The notes under the pieces are model-generated. The model was not told where the DNA came from. It did no database searches and was given only the letters and a program-made list of their open reading frames with translations. From NCBI GenBank assembly GCA_965644495.1, contig CBFFSA010000011.1:124001-188000 (forward strand): a stretch of DNA of 64,000 bases. The letters are read 5' to 3'. Positions within the stretch are counted from its first letter, which is position 1. Every line of letters starts with the position of its first letter. Position numbers and translations under genes: made by a program. Origin of the DNA: Perkinsela sp. CCAP 1560/9 (Eukaryota > Protista > Euglenozoa: Kinetoplastea). This document shows positions 47,619-58,910 of this stretch, in pieces.

Positions 47619-49706
47619 ATGTCACATCCCACATCATGTATTCGCTTGCGATGGCGTTCCCTCCTTAGTGAAAAGGTAGGCCGAAATGCGTCCTTCTCTA
47701 ACTCAATACTTGCACCTCCTTTTTCTACACGCGTGCGGACCGACAACTCCTCAGCTGGAGAAGCCGCGCCCAAAGAGTCTCTATCTCTTCTTCGTGCTTG
47801 TTCTACCTCTCTAGACAACAAAGCACTCATTGCCTCTCATCCTTTCCCCAACACATGTACCCACAACCTTTCCTTTCCCGGCTTGTACGCCCCTTCTCGG
47901 CGCTTTGCCAGCACGTCTAAAAAATCGACCGTCAAAAAAACTAAAACATCCACGTCCGAAAAAGGAACTGAACCGAAGACGCCCGCAAAAGAGACTGAGA
48001 CCAAAAAGTCCGAAAAAGGAACCGATACCAAAACGTCCGAAAAGTCCAAACCGAAGACTAAGAAGCCCAAGTCCCTCAAAGAGACCAAGAAAAAGGATAC
48101 CCAAGAGGCTTCTTCTCCTCCCCCCTCCGAAACCCCTTCCCACCCGTCCGACCCCTCTGACCTCCACACCACCGGACTCGAAGACATTACCATGCCACTT
48201 GAGGACACGAACGAGGGTGATTTTCAGCCCCCATCTTCAACCCCCCTAACTACCCCACCCCACCATGAGGCTCCTGCACCTCCAAACGATCCCTCCACTC
48301 CCTCTTCAACAACCCTTCCTTCCTCAACCCCCTCTTCAGAAAGCACTTCTGCGGACCCTTTGATGAGTACCTCTGCCTCTTCTTCTTCTTCAACCCCCTC
48401 TTCAGAAAGCACTTCTGCGGACCCTTTGACGCGTTCGTCCACCGCTTCTACCGCTTCTCCCTCTTCATCCAGCGCCTCTTCGGACCCTTTTACGACCACC
48501 TCTGCTTCCTCTACCTCTCCTCCCTCTTCATCCTCTGCGGATCCCTTTACGGGTGCCTCTACCTCTTCTACCTCCTCTACCGACCCGCCTCTCGTCGCCC
48601 TCACCCCCTGCCCCTCCCCCCCTCCCCGCTTCGAGCTCTACCGCGGGACCTCCGCCTTCTCCTGGACCACCACCGCGCGCTACGGCCGCCGCCTCATCGG
48701 CCCCATGAGCGAGTGGGCGGAGGAGCTGCGGTACCGCACCGGGGTGCTCACCCAGTGGGAGCCGCGCTTCCCGGAGAAGATCTACGCGAACCGGTACGGG
48801 TCGCGGGATGAGGTGGAGGTGGTGGTGTACGTGTTCGGGAGCGAGCGCGCGGTGCGGGGGGCGGTGGGGCTGATGCAGGAGATGGTGGGGCAGGAGCCGG
48901 TGTACGTGCGGTGTGGGGTGTACAGGGGAGGGGGGAAGGGGATGGGGGGGAAGGGGAGGGGGGGGAGTGGTGGGAGGGGGGGGAGTGGGATGGGGGGGAG
49001 TGGGATGGGGGGGAGTGGGATGGGGGGGAGTGGAGGGAATGGGATGGGGGGGAGTGGAGGGAATGGGATGGGGGGGAGTGGAGGGAATGGGATGGGGGGG
49101 AGTGGAGAGGGAAGACCACAAGGGGAGGCAGAGGAGAGGGGAGGGGATGGGGGGGAGAGAACAGGGATGATGACCCGGGTGAGGAGTCCCCCGCTGTGGT
49201 TAACCTTGCGACGGGTGAATTCGGATGCGCGACCGGCGGATATTCCCCCGATTAGTTTGAAAACCCCCGGGAAGTGGACGTTGCTTTTTGAGAATAAAAA
49301 GGAGGCGGTGGTGCGGACGGTGTTTGAGGAGACGGGGATACGGCTGGAGGAGGAGGCGCTGACCCCGACGGGGTGTTTTGATAACATGCCCCCGGAGTTC
49401 TTTTGGCGGGTTCCGGTGTATTACTATGTAGCGGAGATCCCGGAGAGTGCGGAGGTGGTGGGGCCTCGGACCGCGGTCCAGGATTACTTCCTGGAGTGGG
49501 ATTCGAATATTCTGCGACAGAGTCCGGATCCGATTGATCGGACCTGGGCGAATTACGCGGATCCGCGGACCGGGTGCGCTTGGCTCCCGGCGAGTACGAT
49601 TGACACGCTGCAGCAGCCGCTGAAAGGGGAGAATTACATGGCGCAGCGGTATTTGGTAGGGGAGCATCTGCCGGAGCTCAGGGAATCCACAGGGATTATG
49701 GAGTAG
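47619..49706 (+). CDS. MERS1: Mitochondrial edited mRNA stability factor 1 (NUDIX hydrolase), with low-complexity expansions
   Basis: GPMSEWAEELRYRTGV, VYVFGSER, DIPPISLKTPGKWTLL, Nudix box EAVVRTVFEETGI, LRQSPDPIDRTWA, TGCAW, LQQPLKGENYM match trypanosomatid MERS1 as recalled. Confidence 0.92.
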   Translation: MSHPTSCIRLRWRSLLSEKVGRNASFSNSILAPPFSTRVRTDNSSAGEAAPKESLSLLRACSTSLDNKALIASHPFPNTCTHNLSFPGLYAPSRRFASTSKKSTVKKTKTSTSEKGTEPKTPAKETETKKSEKGTDTKTSEKSKPKTKKPKSLKETKKKDTQEASSPPPSETPSHPSDPSDLHTTGLEDITMPLEDTNEGDFQPPSSTPLTTPPHHEAPAPPNDPSTPSSTTLPSSTPSSESTSADPLMSTSASSSSSTPSSESTSADPLTRSSTASTASPSSSSASSDPFTTTSASSTSPPSSSSADPFTGASTSSTSSTDPPLVALTPCPSPPPRFELYRGTSAFSWTTTARYGRRLIGPMSEWAEELRYRTGVLTQWEPRFPEKIYANRYGSRDEVEVVVYVFGSERAVRGAVGLMQEMVGQEPVYVRCGVYRGGGKGMGGKGRGGSGGRGGSGMGGSGMGGSGMGGSGGNGMGGSGGNGMGGSGGNGMGGSGEGRPQGEAEERGGDGGERTGMMTRVRSPPLWLTLRRVNSDARPADIPPISLKTPGKWTLLFENKKEAVVRTVFEETGIRLEEEALTPTGCFDNMPPEFFWRVPVYYYVAEIPESAEVVGPRTAVQDYFLEWDSNILRQSPDPIDRTWANYADPRTGCAWLPASTIDTLQQPLKGENYMAQRYLVGEHLPELRESTGIME

Positions 49707-50093
49707 GGGTGCAAAACAGATGCGGGGATTCGGAGAATAAGCGTTAGAGGCGAGCAGACAATGACTCGTCCAATAAGTAAAATATTTGTTGTTGTTTACT
49801 AAATCGAGCGAGGCTGGATACTGTTGTCACGTGAAGGGAACCGTGCCATTTCCACCTGAAAGGAAAGCAACTCGTCTTTGATGTGTTCTTGTACGTTAGA
49901 CTACTTGGACTTTGATAAACTGTAACGTTCTACCTTTTTGAGTTACATAAAAAGCAGAACGTGTGTATACTTAGAATATCTGTCTATTTAGAGATAACGT
50001 TGGTTTTTTTAACTTGCATTTTTTTCGAGCCGAGGCATGTTGGATTCATAAAGTATTGCACAACATTGAATATTCCTTAATTCCCCACTTCCT

Positions 50094-50462
50094 ATGTCAC
50101 AACGCTTCTCCCACTGGCCATGGCCCACTCTCGTGCCTTGGGCGCGAGACAAAATATTTCCTCCTCTACGTGCAACCCATAGCATTGCCCAGGAGGTACG
50201 AATGGCGACCATTGTCGGTGACACGGCCGTAGGTGTGCTGCTAGGCTATGGAACCTACCGCTTTATTCGCCATCTCTTTGCCGGCGACTACGCCACACTG
50301 CGGTATCACACCTCCGACATGCCTCCCGCGCTGCTCGCGGAAAAGTTTGATTTCGAGGACGTAGCGCAAAATCGTACCCTTCCACGTGAGGAGCTGGAAA
50401 AGTATCGAGCCGAGGTCAGTCAGCATAAAGGCCCTGTGGAGGATATTATTTTTAAGTATTGA
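50094..50462 (+). CDS. Hypothetical 122-aa protein with one hydrophobic segment
   Basis: Clean ATG-TGA ORF, coding-like composition, same strand as neighbouring host genes. Confidence 0.7.
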   Translation: MSQRFSHWPWPTLVPWARDKIFPPLRATHSIAQEVRMATIVGDTAVGVLLGYGTYRFIRHLFAGDYATLRYHTSDMPPALLAEKFDFEDVAQNRTLPREELEKYRAEVSQHKGPVEDIIFKY

Positions 50463-51535
50463 AACGGAGGATCCTGTGTATGCGGATACAAGTACAGCAA
50501 ATCAGATACGAAACAGTTCGCTAGCTCGTCATCTTATGTAGCGCTTACTATTTTAATGTTCTTTGCATTGGTGTTACTCTTCGAAAGATACGTTCACGAA
50601 AGTTATCCAATGACTATCCCGTCATCAAAAATTGTACCACATACTGCATCAAAATTAAAGAGAGAAGGTGTACATAAAAGGTAAATGTAACATGCGCTTA
50701 CACAGATGTAAGAAAATATGTTGGTTATCTATTCTAAGTATTAAAAAATGATCCACACAACCATTTCTAACATAGCATCCACCGCCGACGTCCAGGAAAA
50801 CGGAACGTCCAGGAAAAGTATCTTTTCTATTGGCACCCCGAGAAGAACTTGTCAGTTCTTCGATTCGAAGATGTTAGAGCAACATTCGAGTAATGTAGAG
50901 TAAATTACATCGCTTTTGGAATTATCTCAGCACATAATAATGCACGTAAGGATTTTTACGCATAAATAGCTTTTAGAACGAATGATTTACAGCGCTCTTC
51001 CCAGCCTGGTTTACATGGCGGACACAATCTTCATCCAATCGTCGAGGCAAAGTATCTACTCTATTGGCACCCCAAGAAGAACTCATGTCAGTACTAATAT
51101 GTAACCTTACGCATCATCCTTCCTCGTGGGTACGTCAAAAATGTAATTTCTTCGGTCGACTTCGTGAAGTTTCGCCCTGTACATGGAAAGGCATCCTTTG
51201 TGACTCGTGCGCAAACGTGCTGGACATTCGTTGGTTTGGAAATCCGAATCAGAACTTTTTGCGGGGAAGTTTAATGTGGAATTATTTATCCCCCCACGTT
51301 GCAAAGATGCTACGTAAGAAATCACGGACAACACCTCAAAGATACTCTCCCGCTTGATCAACTCCCTCAAGCGTTGACACACCTTGATGTGGGTCTCAAC
51401 GGACTAAGCGGATCGCTTGTACTGAATGCTCTTCCAGAAAAACTCTTCCTCCTAAATGCGGAAGCTAACCATTTTCATGGTACGCTATGTTTATTGAATC
51501 TCCCGCCTTTGTTAGCAGAACTCACTTTGAATAAT

Positions 51536-53670
51536 CACTCACTCACTCACTTTACACTAAGCCCCGGAATAGGGCGTTAGTTAAATATCTATCTGTATTT
51601 ACGCTCAATACATTCATCATCTAACTCTCCAACTGATTTCGTTTTCACGTCGATTGCCTCGTACTCGGTGCGCTTCGAAAGCGAAACACAGCACCTTGCG
51701 TACACTGGATTTTATGGTCCCATCTTGGTTTCCGTCAAAGGGGATATTTTTCCGCGTTTGAGGTCGCGTCTCGTGGTCTACCTTTCTTGGTGCGGTTCGC
51801 GGCGGTACTTAATTGTGAGCCAGGCGCGGGGCAATGCTGTGATAAGTGCCGTTCTAGTGTAGTAGCCGAGGTCTTGCGCCTTTTCTCTGAAAGAGCGCCG
51901 AAAAGAGCTGTCTTTGCCAACGTGTCACACTGATCGTTGTATGGGTTGCCGCAATGCCCCTTTACTTTAATCACGTAGAATTTGACGCCATTCTCCTCTA
52001 AGGTCTTTATTGCACCACCTAAATCCCAATAAATGTCGCTGTTTGGAAGGCCATTGTATCCTATTAGGTAATACTTTCGTCGCGTATTGCGAATAAAATG
52101 CCATACTATCCACGAATCCGTATGCAGTACGATTGTACCCTCAACTTTGGGTGCTCTCTGAATAGCTAGTAATGCCGCATAAAATTCCGCTCTTTCTGGC
52201 GATGGTGTGCCAAGAATCTCCTTACAAACAGTAGAACTAGCCACTTCATGGCCACACTGAACTTCAACAATCCCAATTCCAATCTTTCCGATGTAACCAG
52301 AACTAACTGAGGCGTCGGTATAAAGGTGTAGAACGTTGTTGTCACTTGAGAAAGGTGTTGGACCTTCTTCAGCGTACTGCAGGGCTGAAAGATCATTTTC
52401 CCGCTGTGCAGCAGCTGCAATGCGGTGCCAACCGCTTGATCTATAACCAATGTACATTTTAGGATTCTCTAGCCCCATTTGAAGTTTTTCAACATGTTTT
52501 TTCCAACATTTTCTATCCTCCGCATATACCAGGGCTTCCTCGACCACTAGTTCCATATCCCCGGTGCAAGCTTCGGATGGAGAACGAATTCGACTCTTTT
52601 CTTTAACGCGCCACTGCATCAGTTCCGAATATATCTCTGAATGCCGTATTAAGTGTCCTACAAGACGAGCCCGGTTAACTTTGTGCAGTGTGGAAAAAAG
52701 TGGGGTGTCTATATATAAGGCGGATATTGGCACACTTTTCCCAGAATGATCCAGTTTCGGACACTTACAAATAATGCGACACATCTTATTTACCTGTACA
52801 TCTACCCATTTCAATGTGGTTTCGCTCAACGCTAGTGTGCCCGAGTTGTAATTTAGGATAGGGTATACGAGGGCATCGAACAAACGAAGTTTTGTCTTGA
52901 CGCTCAAGGGCGATACCCATATGCCCCGAAATTTTGAGAAACCTGCCCAGGTAAGTCGCAACCTGTCCCTAATACATGCCAATGGTTCAGTTTCATGGAA
53001 AAGATGTCCCAGATACCTATAGGAAAGTACTTTGGGCACCGTCCCCAAAGGATCGGATATCATTTCATCGGGGCCTCGTTGCCTTCCTAGTTGCATCCAC
53101 GCTGTTTTAGCAGGGCCTACTCCTATTCTTAGGTTCGCGGAGAGGGCTTGTTCCGCTGTATCCTCAATCATACTCTGTAGATCAGCCTTGTTATCTGAAA
53201 AGAAAAGGAGATCATCAGCATAATTTAGATCCGTAAGACGTGTTTCCCTCAGGCCTCTGCTCTTGGTACCTTATAGAAGGATGCCATGGGATTTTGAATC
53301 AATAGCTTTGCTTAATATACGATCCAGAACCATTACGAAGAGGTAGGGAGCGAGGACATCCCCTTGAAGAATGCCGGTTGTAATGGGGAATGTTTCTGTT
53401 AAACCTTATGGTGTTCGCACGACCCCTCGCATATTCCGATATACTGACATAATCATTTCTCGCAATTTCGGTCCAATGTGAAACGCCACTAGGGATGCAT
53501 GAATGACACAATGAAACGGATGGAAAAGCTTTCGCAAAATCTACAAAACCAATGCACATCCCGTTTCCTCTCAATGCTTTTACTCGTGCTTCGTTGAGAA
53601 TCGCCTGGGCTTGCATTGTCGAACGGTCAGGTCTGAACCCATATTGATTATGGCGAAGCACAGGTCAAAC
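51536..53670 (-). mobile_element. 5'-truncated LINE (RT-RNase H)
   Basis: QYGFRP, DFAKAF, NYADD, LYTDAS, KVKGHCGNPYNDQCD; hairpin plus (GTGA)n tail at 51536-51580. Confidence 0.92.
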
Positions 53671-53760
53671 AGAGCACCCCGACCTAACGTGGACCTAACC
53701 AGAAGGTTAATAATTCCTAGCTGTGCAGGCCCGGACGCCTCCGCCATATTTTTGAAAATA

Positions 53761-54215
53761 TTCAAAAAAACAAAGGTCTTCAGAAAAACAAAGGTCTTCA
53801 AAAAAACAAAGCTTTTCAAAAAAACAAAGGTCTTCAAAAAAACAAAGGTCTTCAAAAAAGCAAAGGTCTTCAAAAAAACAAAGGTCTTCAAAAAAACAAA
53901 GGTCTTCAAAAAAACAAAGGTCTTCAAAAAAACAAAGGTCTTCAAAAAAACAAAGGTCTTCAAAAAAACAAAAGTCTTCAAAAAAACAAAGGTCTTCAAA
54001 AAAACAAAAGTCTTCAAAAAAACAAAGGTCTTCAAAAAAACAAAGGTCTTCAAAAAAACAAAAGTCTTCAAAAAAACAAAGGTCTTCAAAAAAACAAAGG
54101 TCTTCAAAAAAACAAAGGTCTTCAAAAAAAAACAAAGGTCTTCAAAAAAACAAAGGTCTTCAAAAAAACAAAGGTCTTCAAAAAAGCAAAGGTCTTCAAA
54201 AAAACAAAGGTCTTC
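53761..54215. repeat. Minisatellite (TTCAAAAAAACAAAGGTC) x ~25
   Basis: Direct reading; few variant units. Confidence 0.98.
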
Positions 54216-54874
54216 AATGCACTTCCAGAAAAACTCTTCCTTCTAAATGCGGAAGCCAACCATTTTCATGGTACGCTATGTTTATTGAATCTCCCGCCTT
54301 TGTTAGCAGAACTCACTTTGAATAATAACATATTTAAAGGTCCTTTAAATCTTAGCAGTCTACCGCTCACTCTTACGTCTTTAAATTTGAACGGCAACCT
54401 CCTCAATGGTATTGTTGATCTCACACCTGTTCTAGGTGAATCGCGGAAGGGCGCCCCTCTGCTGCTTCTCCAGCTTTACGGAAATGAGTTTGAATCGTAT
54501 TTGCTGCCTCCTTCTATTGCTCATTTACCAGAAACCGTTCAGTACAACGAGCCTATGGCTCTCCCGGGCATGTACATGATGGGATAACGTGAAATAGCGC
54601 CTGCAAGGCCTTTACACTTAGAGTAAAGTGCTCTACAGAAGGGCTAGCTTGGAACTGTATATGCACTGTATATTACAGAGAAATTGATAAAGCTTAATTA
54701 CCTTCATTTTTTATTCTGTATAAAAAGTTAGGGTAACTGGCACTACAAATGTAGGTCAAAATCCACTTTTTTCTGATGATTTTTTTTTATAAATTATAGC
54801 TCGATCATTTTTAGCTTCGCTTATAAAGCCTTTTTTTTCTTTAGAGAAATCTTAGAAATATTATAACAATATTA

Positions 54875-56216
54875 AACTCCCGCTCACGAAAAGTGACCCC
54901 CCTCTTTTTTTTTGTACAAATGTCCGTTTGAGCTGATTTTTGTTGCATTTTGCAGATCTCAACACAAGGACTTTGCGGGTGAAGAAATGAGACAAAAAGA
55001 AACGAATACGCACAATTTACAGAAGAATTACCATTTTGTCACTTTTTCGCCCTTCAATCTTATACACGCTTTAAGTCGAGAATCAAAACTTAATACTGTT
55101 TTGTCGATCACTTTTTGAGTTAAAGAAGATCATGCTTTACGTACACATCGGATAAGTGAAGGTTTGTCCGATGGCGTTTGTTCGTCTACCGCCTCTTGGA
55201 CCATAGACCAGACGTTTTCTATGGGGGAAAGGTCGGGCGAGTTGGGGGGCCAGTTTCTTAGAACATCACTCATTCGATTCTCAATATACTCTTTGGAGGC
55301 ACGGGCAGTATGTGCCGTTGCCCCATCCTGTTGAAATACACTATTAGGGGGGAAATCTACCTGTTTTAATGTTTCTATGTACGTCTCACTTGTAATAGAT
55401 GTGTCATTTCGTAGAATAACCAAATACCTCCACCCCACTCCTACAGCACCCCAAACTTGGCATCTTGGTGCCCAAAGTACTTTTTGACGCAGGGCTGCTT
55501 TTTGACTGCGCTTTACCCACATGTGTCTTCTGCTATCGTTGGTATCAAATATCTTTTCGTCCGTAAAAATAACATGGGCAGTATCCAATTTGTAACTCAA
55601 AGCAAATTGTACTCTTTTTTGCTTTTGTCGTTCGGTAAGCCCTTGGCATACTGGCCTAGCGGCATAATTGTAATCCAGCGATGCTAGATCTCGCTTTACA
55701 GTGCTTTGCGAAACTTGTATCCCTTTTTTACACAGTTGGCCTTTTATACGCCTTGAAGAATTGAATTTTGGTACCCCAGCGGGGTCGAGAGGAACCAATA
55801 TCTTTTCAATTTTCTTTTTGCGAGATTCGATTTTTTTAGTGGTCACAGGACTCAAAGTGTATTCCCCGCTAGATTTTTTTTCGTTCAGATATTTTTTGAT
55901 TATCCTTCTAGAGACGTTAAAATCACGGGATAATTGTTTTATCGGAACACCTTCTCCCTGTCTCATCTTCAAAAGAACCTTACCACTATCCGTAAGCCCC
56001 CCTTTTGGGAGCCAATATGGTGATTTGGTCATTTTTGGAAAAAAAAGTTGAAAAACCAATTATTTTTTCTTTACTAAATTTTAAAATTTTAAAATGAGCT
56101 AAAAACAGCGGGAACGTACAGATCTCGAAATTTTGAACGAAAAAGTGGTATGATAACCCACCCACGCCCCCCTGTGCTAAAAATAAGAGGGGGTCACTTA
56201 TTCGTGAGCGGGGGTT
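54875..56216 (-). mobile_element. Tc1-like transposon, DD35E transposase 55130..56032 with a premature stop near the C-terminus
   Basis: TIR AAC(T/C)CCCGCTCACGAA..AGTGACCCCC, TA flanks; FTDEK, QQDGATAH, SPDLSPIEN; frame continues past the TGA to EKVTKW. Confidence 0.93.
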
Positions 56217-56538
56217 TATAACAAAAATTATAACAAAAATGAGCCAAAAAGGGTAAAAATAAGACTCCTTCCTTCCTGACGCAATTTATTATACAGTTTA
56301 TGATATAGATTATCCGTGTACCAGACTCAAAAGAATTTTGGGTCAAATGAGCATATTTTTGTACTCTACAATTTTTTCAATCAAAATTCACCCCGACAAG
56401 TAAAACAAAGTCCTTAAACAAGTTCTTACCAAAGCCATTTTATCATTCCTCATTAATACGGTACAGAAAGAGTACAAATTTACCCACACCTTAATCCCTG
56501 GTCTACTTTACTTTGCGTACTTGTGGACTCTCCCCTGC

Positions 56539-57153
56539 ATGTCCGGATCCCTCACCTGTCGACGGCTCTCCTCCGCGGACTCAGCCCCCACGTCCTCTCG
56601 ACGCGGTCGTGTCCGCGGGGCGACGCTCCCCCACGAGTACGCGCTCGCCCAGTTCATCCAAGGCATTGAAAACCCCCACCCCTCATGGACCCCATCCAAC
56701 CCCGCGGAGGAGTGGTCGGGTGTGGAGTGTAATAAAAGGGGGGAAGTGGTGGCGATCCGCTGGGGAGGGCGACGCCTGCGGGGGTGCGTGCAGTGGCGGA
56801 GTCTCCCCCCGACCCTACGAACGCTTTTACTTCCCAGTAATGCGTTGACGGGGACGCTGGAGACGCAGGAACTGCCGCCGGAACTGCAGATTTTTTCCGT
56901 GTCGCAGAATCAGCTCTCGGGGGTTCCGGATATGACAAGGCTACCGGATACTTTGGAGGTGGCGTGTTTGTCGTCCAACCTATTTGAGGGTGAGGTAAAA
57001 CTGAATGCTCTTCCTGGAACGCTCCGAACGCTTGTGATGAGCAATATGAGAAAGCTTCGAGGCGAGGTGTATTATGCCGAGTTACCATGCCCACTTAGAG
57101 ATTACATTAGCGTTAGTGGGACGTCAATCAGAGTTCTTCCAGAACGAAAATGA
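56539..57153 (+). CDS. Leucine-rich repeat protein
   Basis: RGRVRGATLPHEY, WSGVEC cap, LPxxLxxLxLxxNxLxG repeats. Confidence 0.85.
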   Translation: MSGSLTCRRLSSADSAPTSSRRGRVRGATLPHEYALAQFIQGIENPHPSWTPSNPAEEWSGVECNKRGEVVAIRWGGRRLRGCVQWRSLPPTLRTLLLPSNALTGTLETQELPPELQIFSVSQNQLSGVPDMTRLPDTLEVACLSSNLFEGEVKLNALPGTLRTLVMSNMRKLRGEVYYAELPCPLRDYISVSGTSIRVLPERK

Positions 57154-57426
57154 GTACGCCTTCCTGATACCCAACAAAGCTGTAAAAGAGTTGTTGTGGA
57201 TGCGTAAACTCTGTTTCATAACCGATTCTGCAACTTATTAGCTACTCAATGTACATGTACAAGAGCACACAGAACCGGGTATAAATACTGTTCGTTCCCC
57301 CTCATCAATATTTACCATCTCACTAATTACCTCCATCTCACTAATTACCTCCATCTCATTAATCCATAAGTTGTTATAAAGTAAATATCCGTAAGGTGTT
57401 AAAGACCATACTTTTTAAACATACAG

Positions 57427-58383
57427 ATGTTTTACTGCATTTGCGCGGGAATTGGAATGCTCATTGGAGTACAACGTAATAGGCTTTTTCTGCAGATGCA
57501 TTACACGAGACTCTCGGAGAGTCCCCCGCACAAACGACGCCGAATCGCAAATTCAGCGTTACCGGAGAATTCTTTATTAACATCGAACATAATACGCGGC
57601 AAGGTACGTGGGGCTGTCTTGCCACAGGAATATATTCTGGCTCAATTTACACGCAATATGACTTTTGCTGAACACACATGGAAGACAGAAAATCCCGCAT
57701 GTGGGTGGGCTGGAGTGCAGTGCCAGAACGGAGAAGACGTCTCAAATATTCAATGGGAAGGACGTTCACTGCGAGGAGTGCCCGAGTGGCGAGAATTAAC
57801 TCTGCCGCAGTTGCTTTACCTAGAGCTTGGGACGTATTTTACCGGAAACCAGCTCTCGGGGAATATCACGTGGTCATGGCTTCCCAAATCTCTTTTGGTA
57901 TTTGTGGTAGACAACAACGAATTTACAGGAAGCGTTGAAACAAGCTGTCTTCCTTCCGCTCTGCAGACCTTTTCCTTGAATCTTAACCAGTTCGTTGGTA
58001 CGGTAAATTTCAGTGGTTTGCCGAAGTCCATTGTACGAGCACAATTTGAAAGCAATAAGTTTACTGGAAGCGTTGCCCTCGAGGCCCTCCCGCTAAATTT
58101 ACAATGTCTCTATGCTGATAGAAATAATTTTTCTGGTACGGTCGATCTTACTCGGCTTCCAATAAACACGCGGTCGATGTACCTGTCTCATAATGCTTTT
58201 CACGGGGAACTTGATCTTACTTTGTTGCCGCTGGACTTACGATTTCTGACGCTGCAGAACAATTCCTTTACGGGAACAGTCGACTTCAGTCACCTTCCTC
58301 CCGATTTGATCAGTCTCAATTTAGAACATAATCTCCTGACTAGTGTGTCTCCGAACCATATTCCTCAGTGTGTGATCATGTAG
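57427..58383 (+). CDS. Leucine-rich repeat protein (start may be 57497)
   Basis: RGKVRGAVLPQEY, ACGWAGVQC cap, ~8 24-aa LRRs. Confidence 0.9.
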   Translation: MFYCICAGIGMLIGVQRNRLFLQMHYTRLSESPPHKRRRIANSALPENSLLTSNIIRGKVRGAVLPQEYILAQFTRNMTFAEHTWKTENPACGWAGVQCQNGEDVSNIQWEGRSLRGVPEWRELTLPQLLYLELGTYFTGNQLSGNITWSWLPKSLLVFVVDNNEFTGSVETSCLPSALQTFSLNLNQFVGTVNFSGLPKSIVRAQFESNKFTGSVALEALPLNLQCLYADRNNFSGTVDLTRLPINTRSMYLSHNAFHGELDLTLLPLDLRFLTLQNNSFTGTVDFSHLPPDLISLNLEHNLLTSVSPNHIPQCVIM

Positions 58384-58910
58384 GCTGCACAAAAGGTAGG
58401 CCGATTTATCTTCTTTGTTAGATGTGACGGTAGTTCTCAACATGAAATTTATTGCTGGAGTTACTGCAATTGTCGCTTCGCGTTGAAAACTACACCCATT
58501 TTTAAAGATACGATCATTCCGTTTTTAATGCCTTTAGTCTTTTGTTAAATTTGTGCTGTACAAAAAAAAATATCACAGTTGTTTGCTGCGTTGCTAGGTG
58601 CCCTCCGGCTGCGCAAAGAGGTGGTGAGCTGCCTGGACCCCCTCTACCGACAGAGTCCATGTCAAACCCCCTTGGCGACATCCCAAGTGGATTCCGTGAC
58701 GATCATATCGGCCATCGCACTACGGATTTAATCTCTGCACCAATGAGCGCATGATCATCAAACTACGACTTGAAGGCCAATATGTGTCAGCAGGGCAACC
58801 TCTATGTGCTGCAAGATGTACAGATGTAAGTTAATCTGACCAGATTTAGGTGAATAGTTAGTGAGTACAAGATGAATTTAATAGTTCGTACTTAAATCGT
58901 GCAAGTAGAA

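Larger units (their letters stand above)
50982..54587 (+). pseudogene. LRR gene disrupted by frameshifts and a LINE insertion
   Basis: Cap SPCTWKGILC and LRRs to 51535, resuming 54216-54587. Confidence 0.8.

Noticed and set aside
47811-49667. Several overlapping antisense ORFs in the MERS1 region
   Set aside because: Shadows of a GC-skewed, low-complexity coding sequence.
53580-54246. ORFs with KTFVFL / FKKTKV / FFEDLC repeats
   Set aside because: Translations of the 18-bp minisatellite; open in several frames only because the unit lacks stops.
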